From: Tangfeifania diversioriginum
GTDB lineage: Bacteria > Bacteroidota > Bacteroidia > Bacteroidales > Prolixibacteraceae
Direction of reading: 5' to 3'
Assembly (NCBI GenBank): GCA_945873105.1
Contig: CAMCBW010000029.1
Coordinates: 9,091 to 73,090 of the forward strand
DNA: 64,000 nucleotides
Part shown: one piece after another, positions 33,564-42,626 of the stretch
Position numbering within the stretch: position 1 is the stretch's first letter
Layout: every line of letters starts with the position of its first letter
Made by a program: the position numbers and the translations under genes
Notes under the pieces: generated by a model
The model's input: the letters and a program-made list of their open reading frames with translations, nothing else
Told to the model about the DNA's origin: nothing
Databases searched by the model: none

Positions 33564-35363
33564 ATGAAGCTGGTCAAACCACAGGATTTAATCAAGGCCG
33601 CTCCTTTTATTCAATACGTTGGAGGTGAATATTTTGCCAAGATATTGATGCATTTGTTGAGTTTTCACAAGATCAATGATCTTTACGAAAATGTCAGTCA
33701 GAAGCATGGGGTAGAATCGATTGATGCAATCATTAAGTATCTGAATGTCAATTTGGAATTTGATGAAAATGATTTGAAAAAGTTACCGGCAGAGGGTGGT
33801 TTCATTACCGTATCGAACCATCCTTTTGGTGGAATTGATGGGATTCTGCTCATTAAACTACTCTCTCTGGCAAGGCCCGATCACAAGGTAATTGCCAATT
33901 TTTTGCTAAAGAAGGTAGAGCCGATCTCTGAATTCTTCCTGGCGGTGAATCCTTTTGAGCATATGCCGGAGGCTGGATCCAGCATTGCCGGCCTGAAGAC
34001 TGCCATAGACCACCTGCAAAATGGCGGAGTTTTGAGCCTGTTCCCTGCCGGAGAGGTTTCCACCAATTACGCCTCCTCCCTGATCACAGACCGGGAGTGG
34101 CTGGTTTCTGCCCTTCGTTTCATTAAAAAAAGCAGGGTGCCTGTTGTTCCCATCTATTTTCACGGCACCAACAGCCGGATGTTTCATCTCCTTGGCCGCA
34201 TTCATCCTTCCTTGCGTACGGCAAAACTTCCTTCAGAGCTGATCAACAAAAGAAACAAAACCATCAAGGTGAGGATCGGCAATGCAATCCCAGTCAGGGA
34301 GCAAGAGGAATTTACCGATATTCACCGGTTTGGGAGATATCTTCGGGCCAAAACCTATTGTCTGGATTCTGGCATGGAAGTGAAGAGGTTCTTTGATTAC
34401 TCCCTGAAGGGTGAGCCACAACAGGAAACCATCGTCTCACCCCAGCCTGCGGAGTTGGTTGAACAAGAAATCGGATTGCTCAGGAAGGAATGGCTGCTTT
34501 TCCGCGTGAAGAACTACGAAGTATTCTGTGCGCCGACCAAGATTATTCCGGTTATTCTGAATGAACTGGGACGGCTCAGGGAGACGACCTTCCGGGAGGT
34601 TGGCGAGGGCACCAACAGCGCCACAGATGTGGATGAGTTTGATCTATACTACCATCAGTTGGTTATTTGGGAGTGTGAAGTGAAAAAGATTGTAGGCGGC
34701 TACCGCATTGGAATGGGTGCTGAAATTATGGAACAGTTTGGTGTCCGTGGTTTCTACACCCACTCTTTGTTCAAGATGGGCAAAGGATTCAGGGAGACGC
34801 TTCGGCAATCCCTCGAATTGGGCAGGTCATTTATTGTCTGCGAATTTCAGCGAAAACCACTTCCGTTGTTCCTTTTGTGGAAGGGGATACTCTATTTTCT
34901 CCTCAAGAATCCGGAATACCGTTACCTGATTGGCCCGGTTAGCATCAGCAATACCTACTCCGAAAAATCCAAGGAGTTGATCATTCGATACATTATGGCC
35001 AATTTCTACGATTATGAAAAGGCTGCCTTGGTAAAACCACGCAATCGGTTTAAGGTCAGGACCAACGATCCCCATCTGAACGATGCCTTGATGAACCTGA
35101 CCGGCGAGATCAGTTCGCTGGATAAATTTATCGGGGATGTAGATCAGAAAAACAATGGATTGCCTGTGCTTTTGAAGAAATACCTGGGGTTGAATGCAAA
35201 AATAGTAGCCTTTAATGTGGATCCAAAATTCAACAATTGTGTCGACGGAATGCTGTTGCTGGACATCTACAACATCCCCAAAACTACCATCGATTCTCTG
35301 ACCAAAGAGGTAAACGATATGAACCTATTGAACCGGTTCTGCTGCCCCGGTTCAACCACGTAG
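33564..35363 (+). CDS. Bifunctional lipid acyltransferase, OlsF-like (PlsC-type O-acyltransferase N-domain plus OlsB/GNAT-type N-acyltransferase C-domain)
   Basis: The N-terminal HX4D-type motif is NHPFGGIDG, followed by FPAGEVS. The C-terminal half (RETTFREVGEGT...DEFDLYY.QL..W) resembles OlsB/hemolysin-type GNAT acyltransferases. The start is taken at ATG 33564; the ORF track opens at TTG 33513. Confidence 0.62.
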   Translation: MKLVKPQDLIKAAPFIQYVGGEYFAKILMHLLSFHKINDLYENVSQKHGVESIDAIIKYLNVNLEFDENDLKKLPAEGGFITVSNHPFGGIDGILLIKLLSLARPDHKVIANFLLKKVEPISEFFLAVNPFEHMPEAGSSIAGLKTAIDHLQNGGVLSLFPAGEVSTNYASSLITDREWLVSALRFIKKSRVPVVPIYFHGTNSRMFHLLGRIHPSLRTAKLPSELINKRNKTIKVRIGNAIPVREQEEFTDIHRFGRYLRAKTYCLDSGMEVKRFFDYSLKGEPQQETIVSPQPAELVEQEIGLLRKEWLLFRVKNYEVFCAPTKIIPVILNELGRLRETTFREVGEGTNSATDVDEFDLYYHQLVIWECEVKKIVGGYRIGMGAEIMEQFGVRGFYTHSLFKMGKGFRETLRQSLELGRSFIVCEFQRKPLPLFLLWKGILYFLLKNPEYRYLIGPVSISNTYSEKSKELIIRYIMANFYDYEKAALVKPRNRFKVRTNDPHLNDALMNLTGEISSLDKFIGDVDQKNNGLPVLLKKYLGLNAKIVAFNVDPKFNNCVDGMLLLDIYNIPKTTIDSLTKEVNDMNLLNRFCCPGSTT

Positions 35364-35389
35364 AAAGGCATGCCTTGTCTCTTACAACG

Positions 35390-37450
35390 TTACCGTTCAA
35401 TTCTGATTCTGGCATCTACGGCAACAATTTTGTCTTTGTTGCCCATGAGGGGATTGATGTCCATCTCCTTGATTTCTGTGGCAAAGCGAAGCATGGAGGA
35501 TAATCGGACAATAATTTCGGCGAATTTCTTCCTGCTGACACCGCATTTCCCCCTGAAACCTTTGATAATTGGGTAAGCCTTCAGGTTCCGTATCATTGAA
35601 TTGGCCTCCTCGAAGGTAAGTGGAGCCAATCCGGAGGTGGTGTCCTTCAATACTTCAACGAAAATACCGCCGATGCCGCACATCACCACATGCCCAAATT
35701 TAGGCTCATAACTGGCGCCCAAAAACAGTTCGATTCCTTCAGCTTGTTCGGCTAATAAGATGGCTGTCGTATTTTTGATTTGCATCATTCTGTTGAATTC
35801 GACAATCACCATCCCTTCAGAACGTACATTCAGGGTAACTCCGGCTACCTCTGTCTTGTGCAGGGGCCCAACCACTTTCATTACCAAAGGAAAGCCTATC
35901 TTTCGGGCTGCACGAATGGCTTCAGTTTCGGAGTTGGCAACGATTTCATTCACCATGGGGATGGAGGCAGCTGAAAGAAGTTGTTCGATTTTGTCCGGCA
36001 TTAGGTAGCCATTCGGACAACTGTCTATGATTCTCCGGATTTGCGGAACATCTACCCCTTCCAGGTAGATCTCCTGGCCGCATGGTTTTGGCGTAAGCTT
36101 GACCCTGGTGAGTGCTTTGCCAAGCAGAACTTCGTCAGGGAAATTGACATTCCCATGGGAAAGGAAATAGGCCAGGTCCTTTTTGACGTTCATCACCGAT
36201 GGCAGTATGGGATAGATGGGCTTTTTGCACTGTTTCATCTTCCTGTCGAGTACCTCATAGACATCCTTGACGGAGGTAAGACCCGGACTTCCGAATATTA
36301 CCGCCATTCCGTCAATATCCTCCAGCTCATTTTCACAGGTGTCGATGATAACATCCAGCTGTTCTGCTGTACCCGTTGCCAGAAAGTCTATCGGATTTTC
36401 AACGGAGGAACCGGGATAGAGTGCCTCCTTTAATTTTTGTTTTGCCGAAGAATCAGGTATATTGGGGATATTGATGCCACCTGACTCCAGTGCATCAGTC
36501 AACATCACCGCCGGTCCACCGGCATGGGTGATGATGGCCATGTTTTTGCCTTTCATCTGTTTGGACATCAATACACAGGCGACAGTAGTCAGTTCTTCCC
36601 GCCCATAGCATCTGACAATTCCAGCCTTGCGGAAGAGTGCTTCCACAGCGGAATCAGAACTTGCCATGGCTCCGGTATGGGAAGAGGCAGCCCTGCTGCC
36701 GGCTTTTGAGCTGCCAGCCTTGATGGCGGCGAGCCTGAATCCTTTTTTGACGAGGGAGGCTGCATGGAACAGAAATTTATCGGGATTGTGAATCGCCTCT
36801 ACATAAAGCAGTTTTACGCGGGCTTCCGCCTCTTTTTCTGAATGGTGATCCCAATACTCCAGCACCTCTTCAACCCCGATCTGAGCCGAATTGCCGACCG
36901 AGATCACCCTGGAAAATGTCAAGCCTTTCGGAATGGCCGATTCCATGATAAATACGGCGGTAGCACCTGAACCTGAGACAAAATCTACACCAGTAGGCTC
37001 CAATCGCGGGATAGGTTCGGTAAATACCCCTGCATAATCATGGGTCAGCATACCGATGCAGTTGGGTCCAATGAGGCAGGATCCCGAATCATTGACCAAT
37101 TTTACGAGGGAAGCCTCAAGCTCCCTTCCATCCTCACCCATCTCACTGAAACCGCCTGAAATGATGATAAAAGCACGGGTACTCTTCTCTTTGGTCAAGA
37201 TGGCCACTGCTGCTTCACAGCTTTTTGCCGGAATGGCCAATATGGCCATCTCCACTTTCGGCAGATCGCTGACTGATGCAAAGGTAGGCACACCCTGAAT
37301 GGAAGCATCATTGGGATTAACTGCATAAAGCTGTCCCTTAAATTCGTGCTCCAGCAGGTTTTTAAGAATCTTTCCACCTGGCTTTGTAATGTTGTTGGAG
37401 GCACCTACCACAACTATGCTGGTGGGGGAGAGGAGTTGTCGGTTGAGCAT
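35390..37450 (-). CDS. ADP-forming acyl-/acetyl-CoA synthetase (fused alpha-beta, CoA-binding plus ATP-grasp)
   Basis: 686 aa. N-terminal CoA-binding domain (SIVVVGASNNITKPGGKILKNL), phosphohistidine loop region (SSHTGAMAS) and a C-terminal ATP-grasp domain. Confidence 0.85.
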   Translation of the reverse strand: MLNRQLLSPTSIVVVGASNNITKPGGKILKNLLEHEFKGQLYAVNPNDASIQGVPTFASVSDLPKVEMAILAIPAKSCEAAVAILTKEKSTRAFIIISGGFSEMGEDGRELEASLVKLVNDSGSCLIGPNCIGMLTHDYAGVFTEPIPRLEPTGVDFVSGSGATAVFIMESAIPKGLTFSRVISVGNSAQIGVEEVLEYWDHHSEKEAEARVKLLYVEAIHNPDKFLFHAASLVKKGFRLAAIKAGSSKAGSRAASSHTGAMASSDSAVEALFRKAGIVRCYGREELTTVACVLMSKQMKGKNMAIITHAGGPAVMLTDALESGGINIPNIPDSSAKQKLKEALYPGSSVENPIDFLATGTAEQLDVIIDTCENELEDIDGMAVIFGSPGLTSVKDVYEVLDRKMKQCKKPIYPILPSVMNVKKDLAYFLSHGNVNFPDEVLLGKALTRVKLTPKPCGQEIYLEGVDVPQIRRIIDSCPNGYLMPDKIEQLLSAASIPMVNEIVANSETEAIRAARKIGFPLVMKVVGPLHKTEVAGVTLNVRSEGMVIVEFNRMMQIKNTTAILLAEQAEGIELFLGASYEPKFGHVVMCGIGGIFVEVLKDTTSGLAPLTFEEANSMIRNLKAYPIIKGFRGKCGVSRKKFAEIIVRLSSMLRFATEIKEMDINPLMGNKDKIVAVDARIRIER

Positions 37451-37484
37451 GCTGAAGTTATAGAAATTAGTTCTTTTATTTACA

Positions 37485-37593
37485 AGTGCCTAGAGTGCCT
37501 AAAGTGTGCTAAAGTGCCTAGAGTACTTAAAAAAGTAAATATTGGGAGTCCAAACTTTAGGCATTCTAGGCACTTTAGTTCACTTTAGTCACT
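37485..37593. repeat. Inverted tandem-word arms, family GTG(C/A)(C/A)CTA(A/G)A
   Basis: The left arm 37485-37526 is agtgcctagagtgcctaaagtgtgctaaagtgcctagagtac. The right arm 37554-37593 is actttaggcattctaggcactttagttcactttagtcact. The right arm contains the nupG stop codon and its last 5 codons. Confidence 0.9.
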
Positions 37594-38813
37594 CTTTCAT
37601 GCTTGTATTTGAACAAGAACGGGAATGCCAATCCCAGCACCAGGGCATAGGCTGCAAACACCAACCAGATACTCGGCCAGTCTTTTACACCATCTTTTGT
37701 GAAGAGGTCGACCACAAAGCCGCTGGAAACACCTCCCAGATAGGCCCCAAATCCATTGGTCATAATCATGAACAACCCTTGTGCACTGGCTCTGATGCCA
37801 GGTTCAGCCTCCATTTCAACGAAGAGGGAACCGGATATGTTGAAAAAATCAAAGGCCATTCCATAAATGATCATGGAAAGTATCAGCAGGGCTAATCCAC
37901 TCCCCGGATTACCGAACCCGAACAATCCAAATCGCAATACCCAGGCAAATATGCTGATGATCATCACCTTCTTGATGCCAAAACGCTTCAGGAAAAAAGG
38001 AATGGTCAGGATGAAGAGGGTTTCCGATATTTGGGAAATGGAAAGCAATAAGGTAGGATGCTTGACGGCAAATGAATTCTTGTAAAGATCAAAATTGGAG
38101 AAATCATCCAGGAAGGAACCACCAAAAGTATTGGTGATCTGAAGGGCTGCTCCTATCAGCATGGCAAATATAAAAAATACCGCCATTTTCCTTTGTTTGA
38201 ACAATACGAAGGCATCCAATCCCATGGCCGAGAGCCATGAACCATCCCTTTTTGCACGGGTAGGTGGACAGGCCGGCAGTGTGAAGGCATAGATCGCCAG
38301 GAACATCGCAGTAATTGAACTGACATAGAGTTGAGCGGGTGTTCTTGCCCAGCCAAGCAGATCGACAATCCACATGGCAAAGATAAAACCAACGGTACCC
38401 CACACCCGGATCGGCGGAAAATCCTTGACCACATCAAATCCTTTCTGTTGAAGAATATTGTAGGAAACTGCACTATTGAGCGCAATGGTGGGCATGTAGG
38501 CCATGGCATTGAACAGCATTACCCAATACATCACTGTTGGATCGGTTACGGTGGAAGCCCAAAAGAGCAGAAAGGCCCCTGCAAGATGACATAATCCAAG
38601 TACCTTCTCTGCATTGATCCAGCGATCGGCTACGATCCCCATCAATCCCGGCATGAAAAGTGCAGCAAGGCCCATGGTCGCGTAAACACCCCCTACCTGG
38701 CCACCCGTGAACTTCAGGGGTCCCATCATGTATCCGCCCAAAGAAATGAGCCAGGCACCCCACATGAAGAACTGAAGAAAGTTCATCAGGGTAAGCCTTA
38801 TTTTAATATTCAT
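37575..38813 (-). CDS. nupG: NupG/XapB-family MFS nucleoside:H+ symporter
   Basis: 412 aa and 12 TM segments. The N-terminus (IRLTLMNFLQFFMWGAWL) is characteristic of the Nuc_H_symport family. Confidence 0.8.
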   Translation of the reverse strand: MNIKIRLTLMNFLQFFMWGAWLISLGGYMMGPLKFTGGQVGGVYATMGLAALFMPGLMGIVADRWINAEKVLGLCHLAGAFLLFWASTVTDPTVMYWVMLFNAMAYMPTIALNSAVSYNILQQKGFDVVKDFPPIRVWGTVGFIFAMWIVDLLGWARTPAQLYVSSITAMFLAIYAFTLPACPPTRAKRDGSWLSAMGLDAFVLFKQRKMAVFFIFAMLIGAALQITNTFGGSFLDDFSNFDLYKNSFAVKHPTLLLSISQISETLFILTIPFFLKRFGIKKVMIISIFAWVLRFGLFGFGNPGSGLALLILSMIIYGMAFDFFNISGSLFVEMEAEPGIRASAQGLFMIMTNGFGAYLGGVSSGFVVDLFTKDGVKDWPSIWLVFAAYALVLGLAFPFLFKYKHERVTKVN

Positions 38814-38942
38814 AAAGTTTTAAGTTGTATGGTGAGATTTATTTCTGGGTACTAAAACTAAACAATTTTGTTGAAAGGAAATAGGATTTTAGACAATCAA
38901 ACAAGAAGAAAATAAGACAGGACAAGAAATTCATTTTATACT

Positions 38943-38950
38943 TATCTTTG
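38943..38950 (+). promoter_or_regulatory. Bacteroidota-type -7 promoter box TATCTTTG
   Basis: Matches TAnnTTTG, 20 nt upstream of the antitoxin ATG. Confidence 0.5.
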
Positions 38951-38969
38951 AGTTGATAAAATAGATAAT

Positions 38970-39212
38970 ATGGATATTCAATCAAGAAAAATACATTTTG
39001 TACAAGAATTTCTCCGAGTTACAGACGATGAACTTGTTACTAAACTTGAAAATTTGCTTCGAATTGAAAGAGCGAAGAAATTTAATCTAGAAATGCATCC
39101 GATGTCTTTGAATGAATTTGATGAAATCATCGAAAAATCTGAAGAGGACATTAAAAATGGAAGAGTAATTGATTCAAGAGATATTCTTATTCAAATTGAC
39201 AAATGGAAGTAA
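38970..39212 (+). CDS. Putative antitoxin (small acidic protein upstream of a ParE-like toxin)
   Basis: 80 aa and AT-rich. It overlaps the downstream toxin gene by 10 nt. Confidence 0.6.
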   Translation: MDIQSRKIHFVQEFLRVTDDELVTKLENLLRIERAKKFNLEMHPMSLNEFDEIIEKSEEDIKNGRVIDSRDILIQIDKWK

Positions 39213-39520
39213 AGGTTCTTTGGACTGATACATCCCTTACTCAGCTTCAGGAAATATTTGATTACTATAATTTTAGGGCAAATAGTTCAGTCGCAAGAAA
39301 AATTGTAAAACGATTAGTAGAAAAGTCACTTCTCCTAGAATCAAATCCATTAATTGGAACTTTGGAACCACTGCTTGAAGATAGAATCTTTGAATATCGC
39401 TATTTCGTTGAGCACAATTATAAAATGATCTACAGGTTCACTGATAATATTGTAAGGATTGTTTCAGTATTCGACTGTAGACAAAATCCTGAAATGATTG
39501 GAAATTTTGAAGAGAAATAA
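39203..39520 (+). CDS. parE: ParE/RelE-family toxin
   Basis: 105 aa. The layout W....L.....Y........A..........L...P..G is followed by a RelE/ParE-type beta core (YRYFVEHNYKMIYRFTDNIVRIVSVFDCRQNP). Confidence 0.75.
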   Translation: MEVKVLWTDTSLTQLQEIFDYYNFRANSSVARKIVKRLVEKSLLLESNPLIGTLEPLLEDRIFEYRYFVEHNYKMIYRFTDNIVRIVSVFDCRQNPEMIGNFEEK

Positions 39521-39578
39521 ACGCTGGTTTACCTTCTTATTATAGCAAAAGTGAAACAGGTATCAACCAGTTTTACCT

Positions 39579-40139
39579 TTAAACTTTCTGAACAACTTCC
39601 AGATTAGCCTGTCCAACCTCAATGGCTTTCAAATTGAGCGGTATCAGTTTGTGGTGCCTCTCGGGCAATGATTTTTCCAGTCCCTTCTTTACATTTTCCA
39701 ATTTAATGACCGGCTTGGCTTGCAGGAATGCCCCAAGAACGATCATGTTGAAGGTGAGTGGATTACCCATTTCAACGGCCAACCGGGCACCCTCAACTTT
39801 GTAAATGTTGATGTCTTTACGGGAAGGTTGTTTGACAACTCCGTTGGGATCGTACAACAGGGTTCCTCCCGGCTTGACCATCTTCTCAAATTTGGTCATG
39901 GATTGCTGGTTGAGGATGATGGCCGTATCAAATTCATGCAATACGGGTGAACTGATCCTGTCGTCACTCAGAATAACGGTAACATTGGCCGTCCCGCCCC
40001 TCATTTCAGGGCCATAAGAGGGAAACCAGGCAACTTCCTGGTCCTGCATCACCCCGGAATAGGCAAGGATCTTACCCATGGAGAGTACTCCTTGTCCGCC
40101 AAATCCTGCTATGATAATTTCTTCCGTCATTGCTTTCAC
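39579..40139 (-). CDS. 2-oxoacid:ferredoxin oxidoreductase, gamma subunit
   Basis: 186 aa with IIIAGFGGQGVLSMGKILA...PSYGPEMRGGTA, typical of the POR/KOR/VOR gamma domain. Confidence 0.88.
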   Translation of the reverse strand: MKAMTEEIIIAGFGGQGVLSMGKILAYSGVMQDQEVAWFPSYGPEMRGGTANVTVILSDDRISSPVLHEFDTAIILNQQSMTKFEKMVKPGGTLLYDPNGVVKQPSRKDINIYKVEGARLAVEMGNPLTFNMIVLGAFLQAKPVIKLENVKKGLEKSLPERHHKLIPLNLKAIEVGQANLEVVQKV

Positions 40140-40183
40140 TATTATTTATTCAACTGTCAGAAATTGTAGTCGAGAGAAAGATG

Positions 40184-40378
40184 AAGTTTAAAGTTGAAAG
40201 GGAAAAGGGGAAAACGCACTGATTATCCTGGCTGATTTCTCCATCAATCTCATCTTTCTTTACCCATCTTACTGTCTTTAACCAAAGCCTTCTTATTCTG
40301 GCTAAAAGTCTACCCAACCTTTAACCTTTAACCTTTAACCTTTATCCTTTAACCTTTATCCTTTAACCTTTAACCTTT
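40184..40378. repeat. Inverted tandem-word arms inside the oxidoreductase operon: (GTTTAAAG-like)x4 ... (CCTTTAAC)x8-9
   Basis: The right arm 40317-40378 consists of 8-nt units and includes the beta-subunit stop codon. The left arm 40184-40214 (aagtttaaagttgaaagggaaaaggggaaaa) is its imperfect complement. About 100 nt separate the arms. Confidence 0.88.
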
Positions 40379-41182
40379 CATTTGAAACGGTTCCGTCGCC
40401 TCTTTTCCCCCATCCTTCAAATCACCCAACGGGAAGAGTGGAAACATCTGTTTGACCATCCAGTCATTGGATTCGACAGGGGTCATCTTCCAACCTGAAT
40501 TACAAGTAGATACCACTTCGACGAAACAGGTGCCAATATTCTTCTGAGAAAGCTCGAAGGCTTTTTTGATGGCTTTCCTGGCTTTTCGCACTGCGCCTGC
40601 CGTGTGAACACTCTGACGGGTTACGTAGGCTGCTCCCGGTAGTTGTGCGATTAATTCGGTGATCTTTAGTGGATAACCGTTGAGGTCAACATTCCTGCCA
40701 TAGGGTGTTGTGGAGGTTACCTGACCCAAAAGTGTCGTTGGGGCCATCTGGCCGCCGGTCATCCCATAAATGGCATTGTTGATAAAGATCATGACGATAT
40801 TCTCCCCGCGGTTGACCGCATGCATGGTTTCTGCCGTACCAATTGCCGCCAGGTCACCGTCGCCCTGGTAGGTAAATACGGTCTTTTCGGGCATGATGCG
40901 CTTGATACCGGTAGCAACGGCCGGTGCCCTGCCGTGGGCTGCTTCCGACCAGTCGATATCGATGTAGTTGTAGGCGAAAACGGCACAACCTACCGGGGAA
41001 ACCCCGATGGTTTGATCCTGGATTCCCAACTCTTCGATGACGTCGGCAATCAATTTGTGGACCACGCCATGGCTACAACCCGGGCAGTAGTGCATCGTCA
41101 CATCGTTCAGGACGGATGATTTCTTATAAACCTGATTCTCAGGCCGTATGATACTTTTGAGTCTCTCTGCAATTTCTGACAT
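40370..41182 (-). CDS. 2-oxoacid:ferredoxin oxidoreductase, beta (TPP-binding) subunit
   Basis: 270 aa with CPGCSHG near the N-terminus and the TPP motif GDGD...NN.IYGMTGGQ. Confidence 0.9.
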   Translation of the reverse strand: MSEIAERLKSIIRPENQVYKKSSVLNDVTMHYCPGCSHGVVHKLIADVIEELGIQDQTIGVSPVGCAVFAYNYIDIDWSEAAHGRAPAVATGIKRIMPEKTVFTYQGDGDLAAIGTAETMHAVNRGENIVMIFINNAIYGMTGGQMAPTTLLGQVTSTTPYGRNVDLNGYPLKITELIAQLPGAAYVTRQSVHTAGAVRKARKAIKKAFELSQKNIGTCFVEVVSTCNSGWKMTPVESNDWMVKQMFPLFPLGDLKDGGKEATEPFQMKG

Positions 41183-41185
41183 GGT

Positions 41186-42271
41186 TCAACCTCCTATCAA
41201 TTTTTGGTGCAAGGCTTTTTCAACTTCATCCGGTGAAGGAAGAATGCCACCCATCCGACCGAAATATTCAACTTTGGTTTGTCCGTTTGCTGCAAGCTTT
41301 ACATCGTTGACCATCTGTCCGGCATTGAACTCAACGGTCAGGAATCCCTTGATTTTTGGGGCCATTTCTGCAATGACCCTTTCAGGGAAGGGAAATAGGG
41401 TGATGGGACGCAGGAGTCCGACCTTGTATCCTTTCGCCCTTGCCAACTGTACCGTTTTCTGGCAAATTCGTGCTGCGCAGCCAAAAGCTACCAGAACATA
41501 TTCGGCATCCTCACAATCAATGAGTTCGTAACGGACATCCTCCTCCTTCATCCGCTGGTATTTGGCCTGGAGGCGAAGGTTGTTCTCCTCCATGATGTGT
41601 GAATCCATCTCGAGGGAGGTAATCACATGTTTGTTGCGATCTTTGCTTTTACCACTGGTAGCCCAGCTTCCCGTAATCTCTTTCAACTGCTGGTCGCTCC
41701 ATCTGGGTTGCTGGTCCATCAGCTCCACCTTCTCCATCATCTGTCCAATCACCCCGTCTGCCAGGATCATTACCGGATTTCGGTATTTGAAGGCAAGTTC
41801 AAAGCCCAATCCCACAAAATCGTTCATCTCCTGAACGGAGGAAGGTGCAAGAACCAACAGCGAATAGTCGCCATGTCCACCCCCTTTGGTGGCCTGGTTG
41901 TAATCTGCCTGGGAGGGCTGAATCGTACCAAGTCCCGGACCACCCCGCTGAACGTTGACGATTACGCAGGGAAGTTCCGACCCTGCTATGTAGGAGATAC
42001 CTTCAGCCATCAGGCTGATGCCTGGACTGGAACTGGAGGTCATCACCCTTTTCCCGCATCCGGCAGCTCCATAAACCATGTGAATGGAGGCAATTTCACT
42101 TTCAGCCTGTAAGACGACCATCCCGGTGGTCTCCCAAGGGCGTTGCGCCATAAGGGATTCCATCACTTCTGACTGTGGGGTGATCGGATACCCGAAATAA
42201 CCATCGCAACCGCAACGGATGGCCGCTTCGGCGATTACTTCGTTTCCTTTCATCAATCTTAATTCACCCAT
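41186..42271 (-). CDS. 2-oxoacid:ferredoxin oxidoreductase, alpha subunit
   Basis: 361 aa with GNEVIAEAAIRCGCDGYFGYPITPQSE...SSSPGISLM motifs of the POR_N/transketolase-like alpha subunit. Confidence 0.9.
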   Translation of the reverse strand: MGELRLMKGNEVIAEAAIRCGCDGYFGYPITPQSEVMESLMAQRPWETTGMVVLQAESEIASIHMVYGAAGCGKRVMTSSSSPGISLMAEGISYIAGSELPCVIVNVQRGGPGLGTIQPSQADYNQATKGGGHGDYSLLVLAPSSVQEMNDFVGLGFELAFKYRNPVMILADGVIGQMMEKVELMDQQPRWSDQQLKEITGSWATSGKSKDRNKHVITSLEMDSHIMEENNLRLQAKYQRMKEEDVRYELIDCEDAEYVLVAFGCAARICQKTVQLARAKGYKVGLLRPITLFPFPERVIAEMAPKIKGFLTVEFNAGQMVNDVKLAANGQTKVEYFGRMGGILPSPDEVEKALHQKLIGG

Positions 42272-42297
42272 ATTTGGATATTTTTAATTGATTGTTG

Positions 42298-42525
42298 CTA
42301 TTCTACTTTTAACCTGTAAACAGTAATGCAGCTATCCGGACATACGGATGAACAGTTGGAACATCCGATGCAAGATTCGGGATTTTCCATGTAGGAATAG
42401 TGATACCCCTTGCTGTTTACATCGCGGTTGAGCCCCAAAGTCTGTGTTGGACAAGAGACAACACAGAGATTGCACCCCTTGCATACTTCTGCGTCAACAA
42501 CTACTGCTCCTATGACTTTAGCCAT
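42298..42525 (-). CDS. 2-oxoacid:ferredoxin oxidoreductase, delta subunit (2x[4Fe-4S] ferredoxin)
   Basis: 75 aa with two CxxCxxCxxxCP motifs (CKGCNLCVVSCP, CIGCSNCSSVCP). Confidence 0.9.
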   Translation of the reverse strand: MAKVIGAVVVDAEVCKGCNLCVVSCPTQTLGLNRDVNSKGYHYSYMENPESCIGCSNCSSVCPDSCITVYRLKVE

Positions 42526-42626
42526 TGTCTTAGTTATTTTTATTCAAATTTCGGAATAGGAATCGAGGTCAATCATGACTTTTATCCTGTATTCGTTTTC
42601 TTACATATTTTTTAAAAACAGGCCAT

